64,000 nt of DNA from Guillardia theta CCMP2712. Taxonomy: Eukaryota > Protista > Cryptophyta. Within the stretch, counting starts at the first letter, position 1. Every line of letters begins with the position of its first letter. Shown piece after piece: positions 27,643 through 40,382 of this stretch. Where the stretch lies: NCBI RefSeq assembly GCF_000315625.1, contig NW_005434602.1, positions 367,848-431,847 on the forward strand, read 5' to 3'. The notes beneath the pieces are model-generated. The model worked only from the letters and a program-made list of their open reading frames with translations, did not search any database and was not told the DNA's origin. The translations under genes and the position numbers were made by a program.

Positions 27643-29261
27643 GTACGATGGGCTTCTCTCTCTTGTGCTGTCCTCACTTTGCATGTCCCTCTCTCCTCAC
27701 CTCCCTGCCAGGCGTGGAAGCTCACCAAGGACTTGGAGGGTCTCAGAAACGACATCGACGAATGTAGAAAGACTCTGCTAGACGCGGACGAGCTGCTGAG
27801 GGCAAAGACGGTGAAGAAGATGCCGTGGCTTGCTTCTGTTGACTAAGTGCAGGAGGAAAAGAGTGAAGGGGTTGGGGATTTCTCCACTCCCAAAGGAAGG
27901 AAGAGTCTGTGAGTGTGATGGAGGAGTTTGAAGGAGAGAGGGTCGGGATGCAAAGAGCATGACGAGAATTTGGGGGAATATGAGGATAGAGAGTGACTGA
28001 ACACATGAACAGCCCTTGCTTGACTTTCGATCGAGATCTTCATGGTAGCTCAGGCAAGAGGAGGTGGGCAGGCGTCAGAACGGTTCGTGCTTGTCAGGTC
28101 TTCTCTCAGCTCTTCTCACGTTTCCTACTCAGGTACTCCAGCTATCAAGAAGCCGCCGCCTCAAGACCAACTCTCCGCTCCTTAACTCTCCCAGCAACAA
28201 GAAGATCGTCAGGTCAGTCTCTCTCCTCCTTCCCCTCGTACTCAACTTTCTGCTCTCTCCTGCCTCAATCCTTTGCCCCTGTTTCCGTTCCCCATCATCC
28301 CCTCTTACTCTGCATGCTAGATCATCTGCATGGAGGCAGCGGCTTGACCTCTCCGCCTGTGATTCCCCCGCCGCTTCTCCCTCTCAATCTCACGGTCTCT
28401 TGCATTCTTATGCAGCGCTTGCACGTGACAATGACGCAGAGTCTTCATCCTCCCTCCTTCCCTCCTGCTCCTCCTCCTCTGTCGCCTCTTCCTGCTCTCT
28501 CCTCCTCCACAGCCCGGAACCCTCACGGCGCTACATCCCCGGGGTCGGAAAGATGTGGGTCTACACGCATCGGGGGAAGGTGGTGCAGGTGATTGGCAAG
28601 GAGTTGCCTCCGGAGCTGGTGAGAAGGACGAGCGACGAAGCTGCTGGTGACCTGCTGCCTCCTCCAGGTGATGGCGAGAGGCGAAGACAAGGGCGACAAC
28701 GAGATGGAGCAAACCTGCGATGCTGCGGGTGCGAGAAGGAGGGAAGAGGATCAGAGCTGAGAGAGGAACGTGAGATTGCTTGTACATGAAAGTTTGAGGA
28801 AGATCGACACAAGCACAAGCACTGATAGCTACAACTAGCACTATGACAATGATCGCTCCTGCAGATCATTCTGATCATCTGATCATGCCGCTCTGGATGA
28901 TGATCAAGATGAGGAGGGGGAGGGCGACACTGCTGCGAGTGGTGGTGATGATGGTGGTGGTGAAGATTATATAATCTCGCAGTTGAGCTGATGAGGAAAG
29001 GAGATGTTAGCGGTAACGCAGTGAGTGATGACGATACGTCGTCCTTTTTGCCAGGATAGTTTTATTTTTCAGAGGAACAAACAAGACCACTCACACAGTG
29101 ATTAGAACTCAACTCTCTAGATTATCATTAAAGCAAACGCCGTCAGACGATGTTTATATGTACACATGTAGCATACTTGTACGTCTCTGGTCCCTTCACT
29201 AAAGGCTTTTGGAAGAAGTAAACGAGGGAGAGGAAGGTCAGGGCAGAACCAGACAGGGCCA

Positions 29262-31079
29262 CTAGTCGTCGAAGGTGATCTTCTTGCCAGTGCTCTCTTG
29301 GATCGACCCCTTGTTCTTGTTTGGTGTCCCTCCAAACCCGCCTCGCCCACCTCCTCTGCCTCCGCCACGTCCTCCACCGCCACGTCCTCCTCCAAAACCT
29401 CCACGGCCACCGCCTCGTCCTCCACCTCCTCCACCGCCTGCACTGCCTGCACTGCCTGGAGGCTTGCGATCTTCCGCGAAGTCCACGCGGATTGCACGAC
29501 CCGCCACGAACTCCCCGCCCTTAGCCACAGCCAAGTCAGTCGCGCTGGACTCAGCGAACTGCACGTGGCCGAAGCCCTTAAAGTCTCCGGTCTCTCGGTC
29601 CGTCGCAAAGCGAACGTTGACAACTTCGCCGCAGTCCGCGAAGAAGCTGCGGATCGTGTCCTCATCCACGTCCCATGAGAGGTTTCCCATGAAGATGGTC
29701 GTGCAACCGTCCGGCTTTGGCTTTGGCTCGCGGTTTGGCGTGAATGGTTTCTTGCCTGCGCTTCCCTCCGTGCCGTCCGCCTCCTTGACTTTGACCCATC
29801 GGCCCATCAGCTCCTGCCCATCCATAGCAACAGCCTTGGCGACAGAGTCTGCGTCCTTGAAGGTAAGGAAGCCAAAGCCTGCCGGGCGACTATCGGCATT
29901 CATGGGGAGCTCAATGTTCTCGATGGCACCACAAGACTCAAACATTTTCTTGATGTCCTTCTCAGTAGCCTTGAAGGGGAGGCCGCCCAGGAACACTCTG
30001 CGCTTGTCTCCCGCGGCACCATCCTCCTTCTTGGCCTTTTCGGGTTCCTTTCTCTTCTTAGAAGCCTCTGCCATCTCCTCGTCTTCGTCTTCGTCAGAAT
30101 CCTCTTCTTTCGAGGCTTTCTTGGTTGCGACGGCACCCTTATCAGTCTTGGCTTTCTTTGCCGCAGGCTTCTCATCCTCACTCTCTTCGCTAGAGTCTGA
30201 GTCTGAAGACTCCTCTTTCTTTGCAGCTGCCTTCTTATCCGCAGGCTTCTTTTTCTTGTCAGAGTCGTCGTCGGACTCAGAGTCAGAGTCTTCCTCAGAC
30301 GAGCTCTCCTCCTTGGCTTTCTTCGATGCAGCAGCCTTCTTGGCATCGGGCTTGGCCTTCGCTGGTTTCTCATCTTCTTCCTCAGAGGAATCTTCATCCG
30401 AAGACTCCTCCTTCTTGGCGGCCTTCTTGGCATCGGGCTTGGCCGCTGCCTTCTTGGGCTTCTCCTCCTCGTCAGAATCATCTGACTCTGACTCGTCTGA
30501 GCTTTCCTTCTTGGCGGCCTTCTTGGCATCGGGCTTGGCCTTTGCTGGTTTCTCATCTTCTTCCTCAGAGGAATCTTCATCCGAAGACTCCTCCTTCTTG
30601 GCGGCCTTCTTGGCATCGGGCTTGGCCGCTGCCTTCTTGGGCTTCTTCTTCTCCTCCTCATCAGAATCTGAGTCAGAGTCTTCATCCGAAGACTCCTTCT
30701 TGGCGGCCTTCTTGGCATCGGGCTTGGCCGCTGCCTTCTTGGGCTTCTCCTCCTCGTCAGAATCATCTGACTCTGACTCGTCTGAGCTTTCCTTCTTGGC
30801 GGCCTTCTTTGCATTCTTCTTCACCGGAGCTTTCTTAGCTCCCTCATCTTCCGAACTGTCATCCTCCGAGCTGCTTTCCTTGGCTTCCTTCTTGGCTGGA
30901 GCTTTCTTGGCCGCAGTCTCCTTCTTCGAGGTCACTTTTTCCTCCTCCGAGTCGGATGAGGAGTCGGAAGATGACTCTTCTTCTGACTCTTCCTTCTTGC
31001 TCTTCACGGCTTTCAGCTCCTCCTTCTTCCCGACCAGCGATTTCGACTTCTTGGTCTGCGTGGTTCCGCCCATTGCCAT
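29262..31079 (-). CDS. Nucleolin/Nsr1/Gar2-like nucleolar protein
   Basis: Alternating acidic-Ser and Lys/Ala repeats, two RRMs (VFLGGL..GFGFLTF; IFMGNL..KGFGHVQF), RGG tail ending GKKITFDD. Confidence 0.92.
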   Translation of the reverse strand: MAMGGTTQTKKSKSLVGKKEELKAVKSKKEESEEESSSDSSSDSEEEKVTSKKETAAKKAPAKKEAKESSSEDDSSEDEGAKKAPVKKNAKKAAKKESSDESESDDSDEEEKPKKAAAKPDAKKAAKKESSDEDSDSDSDEEEKKKPKKAAAKPDAKKAAKKEESSDEDSSEEEDEKPAKAKPDAKKAAKKESSDESESDDSDEEEKPKKAAAKPDAKKAAKKEESSDEDSSEEEDEKPAKAKPDAKKAAASKKAKEESSSEEDSDSESDDDSDKKKKPADKKAAAKKEESSDSDSSEESEDEKPAAKKAKTDKGAVATKKASKEEDSDEDEDEEMAEASKKRKEPEKAKKEDGAAGDKRRVFLGGLPFKATEKDIKKMFESCGAIENIELPMNADSRPAGFGFLTFKDADSVAKAVAMDGQELMGRWVKVKEADGTEGSAGKKPFTPNREPKPKPDGCTTIFMGNLSWDVDEDTIRSFFADCGEVVNVRFATDRETGDFKGFGHVQFAESSATDLAVAKGGEFVAGRAIRVDFAEDRKPPGSAGSAGGGGGGGRGGGRGGFGGGRGGGGRGGGRGGGRGGFGGTPNKNKGSIQESTGKKITFDD

Positions 31080-31919
31080 TGCAGTCGTGGACAAGCTAGA
31101 TGCTTTGAGGTGTCTGAAACTCTATCGAGTGATCCTTAGAGTGGCGCAGGAGGCGAGCGGAAGACGCGTGGCAGGAGATGGAGGGGGAGCGATGAGAGAA
31201 GAGGAGAAGGAGCAAGGAAAGGTGAAGGGATCGGGGGACCGCACGTGCAATTCTTAGCAGTTACAACGTAACGGAGATCAAAAAGGGTGGGGGTGATTTA
31301 ATAAGGGGTGGGTTCTAGAATAGAGAAAAGCCAGGGGGTGAGGGTAATATGAAATGAAGCAAGACAAGGTCTCATTCAAAGGGTCCTAGGTCGGGTGATT
31401 GGGGGGTGGGTGTCGACATCCAGGAACATCCACGAGGGGTACTCGAGTCTCCCGGGGTGATGGGGGTGATACCCGTCCAATTCAGTAGTAGGTAGGGTAT
31501 GAGCTCTAGGATGCAGGGGCAGGCAAGGGAGGGGGTATGAACGAGGTGGGTAGGGGTTATTATGGGTCATTTCTAGGCCACAGGGGTCAGGGAATCAGTC
31601 AGGGAATAGAAGGGTATTTGTGTGAGAGGGTGGAAATCGAGGGGTAGTATGGGGTGGCCGGTGGTTGAATCATATTTCTAATATACCGGTGTTCAACGAA
31701 ATATGAGGGGTACGTATGGACTCTGAAATTGGGATACGAAGGGGTTGCAATACTCCATCAGTGAGGTAGGGTGGTAACCCCTATGTGACAATGGGTGTCT
31801 TGAATGAGGTTCACTGGGGGTGGGTGGCTCAGAGGACCAAAAAAAAAAAAAAAACTCTCGGAGAATGCCAGTGTTGCACATGCGGGACCACCCTACCCAT
31901 AGGTTGTTTCAAAACTACC

Positions 31920-32830
31920 CCTTGTCCAACTGATTTTTAACTTAACCGTTTGAGTAAACAAACTTGAAACCCTGCCAGCCACGGCGCTGCCTTTCTTGCC
32001 CCGGACTCCGGGAGCGGCCGGCGACCGTCGGACCCGGGGCCGGCGGCCGCACCCGCCGGGCCCGGGCCGGCATGCCATGATGCGTCACTCAGTAGTGATA
32101 CTACCGTTAACTTAGTAACGGTTCCTTGAAGTCCCCCCAGCGGCTTCACTTAAAACTCAGTGACTGCCATACCAAGTCATCATGATATGTGAAGTGCCAC
32201 TGTCTCCGCTCGGACTCCGGCGGAGTATACGGTCCGCTACGGTCCGGGCGGTTCGTCGGAGTCTATCCGGGCCGCTCCGGCCGCGGCCCCCGGGGCCCGG
32301 CCCGGCGGGGGGGGGGGCGCGACGCACGGACTCGGGACTCCCGAGCCTCGGAGTCCGCCACCGTACGGTACGGTCGGGAGTCGGAGTAGGCTCGCCGGAT
32401 TCGGCCCGGCCGCGGGGGCCGGCCGGCCCACTGTATGATCGAGTCATGCCCGGCCAGTGCCGGGCACTGCGGCAGTCACGTTGCCAGTAGTAAAGCCTTT
32501 TGCCAGGGTACTAATGATTTTTTTTGGCCTCTGTCCACTCGGAAGCCTTAGCCCGGCTCGGCGCCAGCCGGGAAGCCTACCGTACTGTGCCGTGTCACGG
32601 GATGACCGTTCAAAGCGGCCGCCGCTGGGCGGCCGACGGGGTGTCACCCGAGACCGTGACGCGGCACTGCGGCAGGGTCACTACTGAGTACCGTGTAGTG
32701 GTGGTCACTGATCGTCCCGAGGCTGGCCCCCGGCACCCCTGGACTAGCCCAGCGGGTGACGGTCACAGTACCCGGTAGTACAGTGCCTAGGGGTGAGTAC
32801 GGCACGGTCACCGTGGCACCCATGCCTTGA
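31920..32830. promoter_or_regulatory. GC-rich intergenic island with a variant of the conserved motif at its left edge
   Basis: TTGTCCAACTGATTTTTAACTTAACCGTTTGAGTAAA at 31922-31958; lies between the divergent nucleolin and membrane-protein genes. Confidence 0.4.
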
Positions 32831-32998
32831 AAGTTGAAGAAATTACTACCAGTAAAATCTGAACTTAGTGAGGCGGCTTGCTGGCGAATTGAATATGGTA
32901 ACTCAAATTTAAAAAACTTGCCTAGAAAACCATTTCGAGGAACGGATGAAGCGCCGTTCATAAAAGTGTCTAGGGGCCACGGGGAGGACGGTGACGAG

Positions 32999-34720
32999 AT
33001 GGCTGCATACGTGGAAGAAACGATCAAGGCACAAGCCAACGTGCAGACGTTTGTGGAGCAGACAAGAAATCATGCCAGAAAGGTGCTTGAAAAGATTTAC
33101 CCTGATCTTCCCAAGAAGATGGCGCAAGCCAAGAACTACGTGTCGCCCTCAACTGTCTTGCTCATTGTTCTCATCGCCGGCCTTCAACGAAACTTAGCCG
33201 CTTGGCTCATGGCCCTGCTGATTTCTGTTTGGTTGGAGTGGGGACAAACAGCAGTGATGGACAGGTCTGTGGAGCCTCTGGAGAGGAGTCTCCGTTTAAC
33301 CCGACTGTGCGTGTACCTTGCAGTGGTTGCAAGCTTTAACCTCTACATTTGGTACGCAATGTTGTATGAAAGGGCAGTCGTAGCTGTCGTCATCTATGTA
33401 GGACTTCTGCTTTTGCTGGCTATTCCATTCGTCTGCTTTTTTGTGGTGTTTCGCGGAGGTGATCAGACCAACAGGAGAAGAAAAGCTTCGCTCATTGTGC
33501 AGTCTCTCTTTGTTCTTGTCACGTACCCTCTTGGACTCTATTTCGTGTATTCTGATAAACTTCTGGGGGCAGTAGCCACAGGGGTGTTATCTGCCTACAC
33601 GACACTAGCATTCAGTCCTTTCTTTGATGCGCTAAGTGAACAGATCCTTGGCAAGATTGGTCCAGTTTCGATATCGATATTTGCCGCATTGCAGAAGTGC
33701 AATTTCCCAATTATAGCTCTGTTTGTACTGCATTCTATGGCAGATAACGTGGAAAAGGGCATCGTATACTTTGTTTGCCGAAAAGAGTATCCTGTTATTG
33801 TTCAGAAAGTGATGAATCGTCAAAATAACTTCACTTTCTTGCGCTCACCACGAACAATCCTGCGCGGGGGATACATTGCTTTATTCCGAGACAATGTGGA
33901 TCAATTCTATTTTGTGGAGAATATTGTGAATCCCTTTCAGAGACAGACATCAAATGACGTCTGCTCGGTTTTTGCTAGTACACAGTATAACTGCATACGC
34001 AAGGAAGTTACGGTTCCAACCATGGACGTGTCATACCTCAAACGATACGACGGAAGTTGCCAGTATGTTGACACGAGAGCCCCTGGTGTAAACTTTCCCT
34101 CACAAATCTCGGAATGGTTTGCTAAGAATGTTCCCATACCTGTCTCCAAATTGAACCAGTCTTGTAAAGTGAACACGTCACTCCTATTCGATACCGTGGA
34201 CAACAGGACTTGTGAAATCATTCAAGAAACTTTGACCGGGGATTGCAACCTTCTTTACGACTTCAATATACAGGCGGGTCTAGACAAAGCGACGCAGATG
34301 CTGGAATGCAATTACACTGGCGTGAGGAAATGCAGTATTCCCACCGGTCAATTCTACACCGAGTACACAAGCACTGTGGCGATATCAAATATGGCTGAGA
34401 ACAGAATCTATCAGGTTACTTTTAATGATGGTGATTTCGCCGTACAGATCGCTGGGAAGGACATCAAGATCTATGCAGAATCGGAATGTGCGACTTCCAT
34501 TGATCTCATGTTCATCACGTTGGCGCTCAAATTCATCCTGCCGATCTTGTTGACCTATGTTGCTTCCAAGTTGGGCCTGTCAGGCAACGAGGATGAAGCG
34601 GAGGATGCAAGCGACGCCAACCATACGGCTTCTATAGTCTTTGATAAGGGTGCCGTAGATCATCCGATTCATGACGGTGACGGAATTTTCCGTTCCTATG
34701 AGAACAAAATGTCGGTGTGA
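32999..34720 (+). CDS. Hypothetical multi-pass membrane protein with Cys-rich luminal loop
   Basis: Intronless ORF; about 6-7 hydrophobic helices, a ~250-aa Cys-rich region with N-x-S/T sites, then a final TM helix and an acidic tail. Confidence 0.75.
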   Translation: MAAYVEETIKAQANVQTFVEQTRNHARKVLEKIYPDLPKKMAQAKNYVSPSTVLLIVLIAGLQRNLAAWLMALLISVWLEWGQTAVMDRSVEPLERSLRLTRLCVYLAVVASFNLYIWYAMLYERAVVAVVIYVGLLLLLAIPFVCFFVVFRGGDQTNRRRKASLIVQSLFVLVTYPLGLYFVYSDKLLGAVATGVLSAYTTLAFSPFFDALSEQILGKIGPVSISIFAALQKCNFPIIALFVLHSMADNVEKGIVYFVCRKEYPVIVQKVMNRQNNFTFLRSPRTILRGGYIALFRDNVDQFYFVENIVNPFQRQTSNDVCSVFASTQYNCIRKEVTVPTMDVSYLKRYDGSCQYVDTRAPGVNFPSQISEWFAKNVPIPVSKLNQSCKVNTSLLFDTVDNRTCEIIQETLTGDCNLLYDFNIQAGLDKATQMLECNYTGVRKCSIPTGQFYTEYTSTVAISNMAENRIYQVTFNDGDFAVQIAGKDIKIYAESECATSIDLMFITLALKFILPILLTYVASKLGLSGNEDEAEDASDANHTASIVFDKGAVDHPIHDGDGIFRSYENKMSV

Positions 34721-34987
34721 ACAGGAGTAAAGTCAAAGTAATTGTTTAATTTGTTTTTCATTGATTCGCCATGTTGTTGTGGTTATCGTATGTTCGAGCG
34801 AAGATTGCGATGACGGTGGCATCCGCTGGCTAACAGCCCTGCAAAGCATCACGGTACCGCAACGGTAGGGTATTCTTGACCACAAGGATAAGTTGAGCTA
34901 CAATGAATTCATGCTACGAATCTCAAACATCATCCTCAATCCACTGTCTTATCTTGTCCATGCTAAGAATACAACATACAAGATCAT

Positions 34988-35080
34988 CCAGGCTCGTTCA
35001 TGCCGCTCCATAAGCATGTACCAGGCTCGTTCATGCCGCTCCATAAGCATGTACCAGGCTCGTTCATGCCGCTCCATAAG
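34988..35080 (+). repeat. 33-bp tandem repeat x ~2.8
   Basis: CCAGGCTCGTTCATGCCGCTCCATAAGCATGTA at 34988, 35021 and 35054. Confidence 0.9.
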
Positions 35081-35278
35081 ACGTCTGGAGCGCAAGATAA
35101 ACCAAGAGAAAAGTTTGAGAACTCTTGTCGGCGGAAACTACACGGACAAGTGTTGTCTAGAAAAAACAGTAAGAAGTCAAGCCAACCTCAGGCAAGATAC
35201 TACTTAGTAATGAAGTCTTCAATTACAAACATGTCAAGGGTTTTCACTGCCTCCTTCTCCACTGCCAGGAATGCGGAG

Positions 35279-37708
35279 ATGGCAGGGAGGCGTGAGAAAG
35301 ATGGTGGAGCCAAGCGACAGACAAGGACAGAAGAATCAAGAGGAAGAGGAGCTCCGACCAAGCAAGTAGCTCAAGAACCTAAAACATTCCATGAAGGCAA
35401 AGTCAGGGTTGTGGACTTGCTTCATGGACCATGGAGAAGTATTGGACAGGCTCTTCAGGACAGCTTGCCAGGAGATGTCATTGCAATCAATGCTGGAACA
35501 TACCATGAAAACGTTGATATCAAAATTGAGGACGTGAAGCTGGTGGGAAATCGCTGTACCGGCGAAGTGACTCTCACTTCAAGATGCAGGATATTCGCGA
35601 ATGTGATCAGTGTCCGCCTTGAAAATCTTTCGTTTAAACCCAAGTCTGCAAGAGTCGAAGGAGATGATGAAACGCGACAAGAGCATGCATTGACAAGAAG
35701 AAAGATGGGTATGATTGCGATGGCATCGGACCAAAACTACCAGAATCAAGATGATTTGAACAGGAATTCTGAATTTTGTGTGATAGTTGAAGGAGGTAGG
35801 GTGACTGTGTTGGACTGCGAGTTTCAAGATTGTCATGGTGGCATCAAAGTCTGTGGAAGGCAGGCAGAAGTTCTGGTCTATCACTGCAAGTTCTTGAAGA
35901 TCTCACATGCAGCCGCCATGCTGGTGAGCGGTGGAGCTCGGGCGAGGGCGCGGGGTTCTTCCTTTCGCGGGTGCGCGGATGTTGGCATTGACATCTGTGA
36001 CAGTGAGTGTACGGTAGATGAGAATGAATTTGTGGAGATGGAAAGCCATGCTGTTCTGGTTGAAATGAATGGGAGGGGAAAGATCAGAAGCAATCAGTTT
36101 TTGAATGGCCGAAAGGCGTCCATTGCTGTCTGCTCTCAGGGGGATCCTATTGTATTGGACAACAAGATCGAGAATAGTCTTGCAACGGGAATCTTTGTGT
36201 TCGAAGGTGGTAAAGGCACGTTTGAGCATAACACGATTTCTGCAAGTTCCCTCGCAGGTATAGAAGTGAGAGACCATGATAGCGACCCCATGATGACTGA
36301 GAATGAGATTCACCATGGGTTGAATGGTGGTATCGTGATACACAGCTATGCCAAGGGAACCGCAAAGAAGAATAGAATTCATCACAACAAGAATGCTGGG
36401 ATCACCATTTGTACGAATGCAAAATCATTCATAGTTGAGAACGAGATCTCGAATGGTCAGGGTGCCGGTGTCCTAGTACACTCCCAGGGATCTGGGGTAA
36501 TCCATTCAAACTTCATCTGTTGCACGGGAAAGGCAGGTATTGAAGTCAGGCAGCAAGCTATCCCGCAGGTCATTTCGAACAAGATAGAGGAAGCTGTTGC
36601 TCAAGGGATACACGTGCACTCTCAAGGAAGTGGATGTTTCGAAGAAAACGAGATAAGCAGGTGCCAAGGTCCTCTCATGGAAGCAAGTGACGTTGGTCAA
36701 GGCTTCATCTTCAAGAACAACGCCTTAAGAGAGGCCATTTCATACGGAATCAGACTGGAGAAGATGAAGTTTGGAGAAATAAGCTTCAACCACCTGCTCA
36801 AGCCTAGTAGATCTGGGATCATGATTGAGGCTTGTGAAAATATTCTTATATCCTCGAATAAGATCACAGACAGTTGTGAACATGGCATTCAGATCACTCA
36901 AAGTAGCAAGTGCCAAGTGGTGGATAACGTGATAGTAGCTTCAGCTTTGTCTGGAATTGACGTGATGTCCTCAAGTGATCCTCAAGTTGAAAGCAATACT
37001 TTCGACCGCGTGATAGGAGCGGGAATTTGCATTCATGACGAAGGAAAAGGCGTTTACAAGCTTAACACTATCAGAGGAAATGTGAAAGCAGGAATTGTAG
37101 TCAGGAAAATGGCTGAAGCTCGACTGATGGAAAACACTGTAATTGATGGAAAAGCCACCGGAATATATGGTAACATTTTGACATGAGTTGGAGAGAGTGG
37201 AAGGTTATGATTGATTCCAGTATATGATGGCGCCAAAGCATACCTTGATAAAAATTTTGTGGAAAGGAACGGCTTTCATGGTGTTGCAGTGCAACAGAGT
37301 GGATCTGTAGTGATGAAACACTGTAAAATTAGTAGATCCGGACAGAACGGTCTGTTTGTATACGCCAAGGTGAGTGGGAGCAAATGAATTCAACTTGTTG
37401 AAACAATTGATTGTAAACAGGGAAGTATTGAGATGGAGAGATGCGATGTTGGACAGAACGGGAATGTAGGGATCGTCGTGTGTGAGGGAAGTACCGCAAA
37501 GGTCTGCTGTCTTGTGTTGCTGTTGATCCTAAACCTTTGAAATACACAGGTAAGATCTTGCAAAATACATGGACACAACTTTGAGGGAGTCTGGATTTAT
37601 GACAGGGGTAATGGAATTCTGACTGACAACGATATTCGACAGAATTTAAAACCTATAAGAATAGAAGAAGTTTGTGAGGTAGAGTTGTCCGGAAACATAC
37701 TTGTTTAG
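35279..37708 (+). CDS. Right-handed parallel beta-helix (PbH1/CASH, FBXO11-like repeats) protein, multi-exon at 3' end
   Basis: SIGQAL...PGDVIAINAGTYHENV then ~23-aa repeats N.I....GI.V; short introns after ~37170. Start uncertain. Confidence 0.85.
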
Positions 37709-37748
37709 TTTGGTTCGGATCGCTTTGCCTCTAGTGTTGGTGTAAAAT

Positions 37749-40382
37749 TCAGTGTGGAATAAACGAAAAATGGAGTAGGATCTTTGAAAACTCACAACTA
37801 TGATGGGCCCATACTGAATCCTTCTGCTTCATTGGCCATCGCCCTGGCAATTTTAGTTTGATGGGTGGAAAGATGGTCCGAGGAGGCTCCTTGTGCTCCT
37901 TTTGCTTCGGGTCTTCAGAAATAATGAAAGAAGCTGGCGATTTGATGGAGAGATCGTCGTACTGTTCCAACAAGTCTCTTGATGACGTCACAGAATTCTG
38001 TCTTGGAGAACTACTGTGGGTTGAGTTCTGGTAGAAGCTTGAAAGGTTTGATCCTTTTGGCAAAACGTCAGCTCAATTCACACACAAAGCATAAATCATC
38101 ACTGGCGGTTGGAGGAGCACTTGTAAATCCAGTTGTGCCCTGATAGCTTGAAATTTCTGAAGGAGCATATTCTCCTGTGAAGATAGGAATAGTTCGCTTT
38201 GTGATTCGATTGAGAACATATTTTGCTCGTTTCCTTTGCTTTACAAATGCTGGATGCTGCCAGTAAGGAAGCAAAAAGTCTTTTATGGGTTTCATCTTTT
38301 CTTGAATCTGCGTATCATGAATTGCAATCATAACGAGAAGGCAAAAATGCATTGAAATCACCCGATAGCCGTAGTTATGCTTGAATTCCCACTTGAATCG
38401 TTCCCAAGCCTCTTCTTTTGGGGGTGGATGAGATTTCAAAGAGGCAATTGTAGACACTGTTCGAGCTGAGTCTGGAGGTTTCTCTGTCAAAAGTTGTAGA
38501 TTCGTCAGCTTTACATCGACAGCTTGTTTGCTAAAATACCTGTTGATCCATTAGCTTGATCGGATTCTACCTCATCTTGGACTTTCTTTTGTCGTTGAAA
38601 TGTCACTCGGTTTTTCAAGGTATCATCAGTAATGAACCTGTTTTTCGACTTTTCGAATTCGTTCAAGGGGCTTTACATCATCGCCGTCATCACTTCGAGG
38701 AGAGTTGTCTTCGATTTGCTTGGAATATTGCACAACCTTTGAAACATATTGGATTACATGATCGATTGTAAAGCTTTGCATGTCACCTGCTTTTCAATTT
38801 CTTGCATTTTCTTCTTCCTAGCCTCGATGAGCAATTTCTCTCTCTTGATTTGTTCGTTTTTTTCTCGTTGTAGGGTCTCTTTCATCAGCCCTTGCAGGGC
38901 TCGTTTTGTACGATCTCGAGTTGCGAGGTCCATTGCTGTCTGGGCCGCCTTATTGCGAAGGTTGGGATCTGCATGGTAATCGAGCAGCAGAACTATCACT
39001 CGAACACTATCATAAACTGCCGCGTAGTGCAAAGGTGTCCATCCTGCTTTTGTACGGACATTCGCTTGAGGGTATCGCAACAACTGCAAGGATGCAATTT
39101 CTTCATCATCATTCATAGCAGCAAAGTGCAAGCAAGATTGTCCACTTTCGTCAACATCAGAAGTGTCAACACCTTTGTGCACAAATGCCTTGAAAATATC
39201 GACGTGTCCTACTTCAGCGCAAATATGATATGGGGTTTTCCCTCCTCCAGCTATAATCATTTCAAGATCATTATCCATTTCCTGGTTTTCATTTTGCATT
39301 CCTTTTTTTTGGTTCTTTTTATGAGTACTTCTCTTTTTCGATTCCATCTTCTCTCGATTCTGTGTAAGAATAAAGTTATTTTTCACTGCCGGGTTGGCTC
39401 CCTGCCGGAGAAGAAACAATACGAGATCCGAAAATCCATAGGAGCTTGCAATATGCAGAGGCGAATCTCCACGACTGTTCTTGATGGACAGAACAGTTGC
39501 CACTTTTGCTTGATCAAGGGCATCAGAAATAGCTTCCAACTTGGCTTCAAGATCTTCTTTCTCTCGGTCTGGTCCATGCTTCTCTCCACCAGTGAGAGCC
39601 TGGCAAACAACTTCTAGAGTTTTCAAGTCCCCTTTTCTAGATAGAATATGCAAAGCTGTATCCCCATTGCTGTCTCTAATATGCACGTCTGCTTTGCTGA
39701 GAACAAGAAACCTGCAAATCTCAGTCATCTCTTCCTCTGCAGCTTTGTGCAATGCGGTTTTCCCAGTACTTGGCTCAGGCATGTCGATGTTTGCACCTAG
39801 TCGCATCAAAGATATGATTCCTGACACCGTTTTATCTCTTGTCGCATTCTGACAAGCCAAGTACAGTGGACTGTAGCCGTCTGTCGAGAATTTGTTGACG
39901 TCACATCCTAGATCTCTCAAGACCATTACAATCGCATTGCAATCGTTTTTGATGGCCACATGAATAGCCGTATATCCATCTGCAGTCTTCCTGTTCATTA
40001 CAGCTCTGAATTTTGCGAGTGCTCTTAGACAGCTTGAAGCTTTGTTCGGACCGATGAAATCGTTTCCAGAGGCTAGAGTAGCATGATGTATTGCAGCGTA
40101 TCCGTCTAAATCCTTCAAATCAGGGCATGCTCCAGCTCGTAAGAGGTATTCAACGACTTTTCCTTGCCCATGCATGCATGCGATCATGAGGGGAGTACGG
40201 CCAAACTCATCTCTTTCATCTACTGCAGCTTGCCCTTCAAGGTTTCGCAATAGCTTCGCCAGCTCTTTGGTATCACCTGTCTTGGAACATACAAATAAGT
40301 CTTTTGTCGGGACTTTTCCGTCATCATCTTCATCATAGATGTTGAAAGTTTTGTACCGATTGTCCTTAAAGAAGTTATCCAT
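37749..40382 (-). CDS. Ankyrin-repeat protein with coiled-coil C-terminal part, multi-exon
   Basis: About 10 ankyrin motifs (GRTPLMIAC, GKTALHKAA, GDSPLHIAS, GWTPLHYAA). Downstream minus-strand ORFs 38068-38490 and 37749-38063 are probable further exons. Confidence 0.85.

Noticed and set aside
27700-28900. Overlapping 100-240-aa ORFs
   Set aside because: Low-complexity sequence, probably mixed exons and introns; no product can be supported.
29275-31257. 660-aa + strand ORF
   Set aside because: Antisense shadow of the repetitive nucleolin-like CDS.
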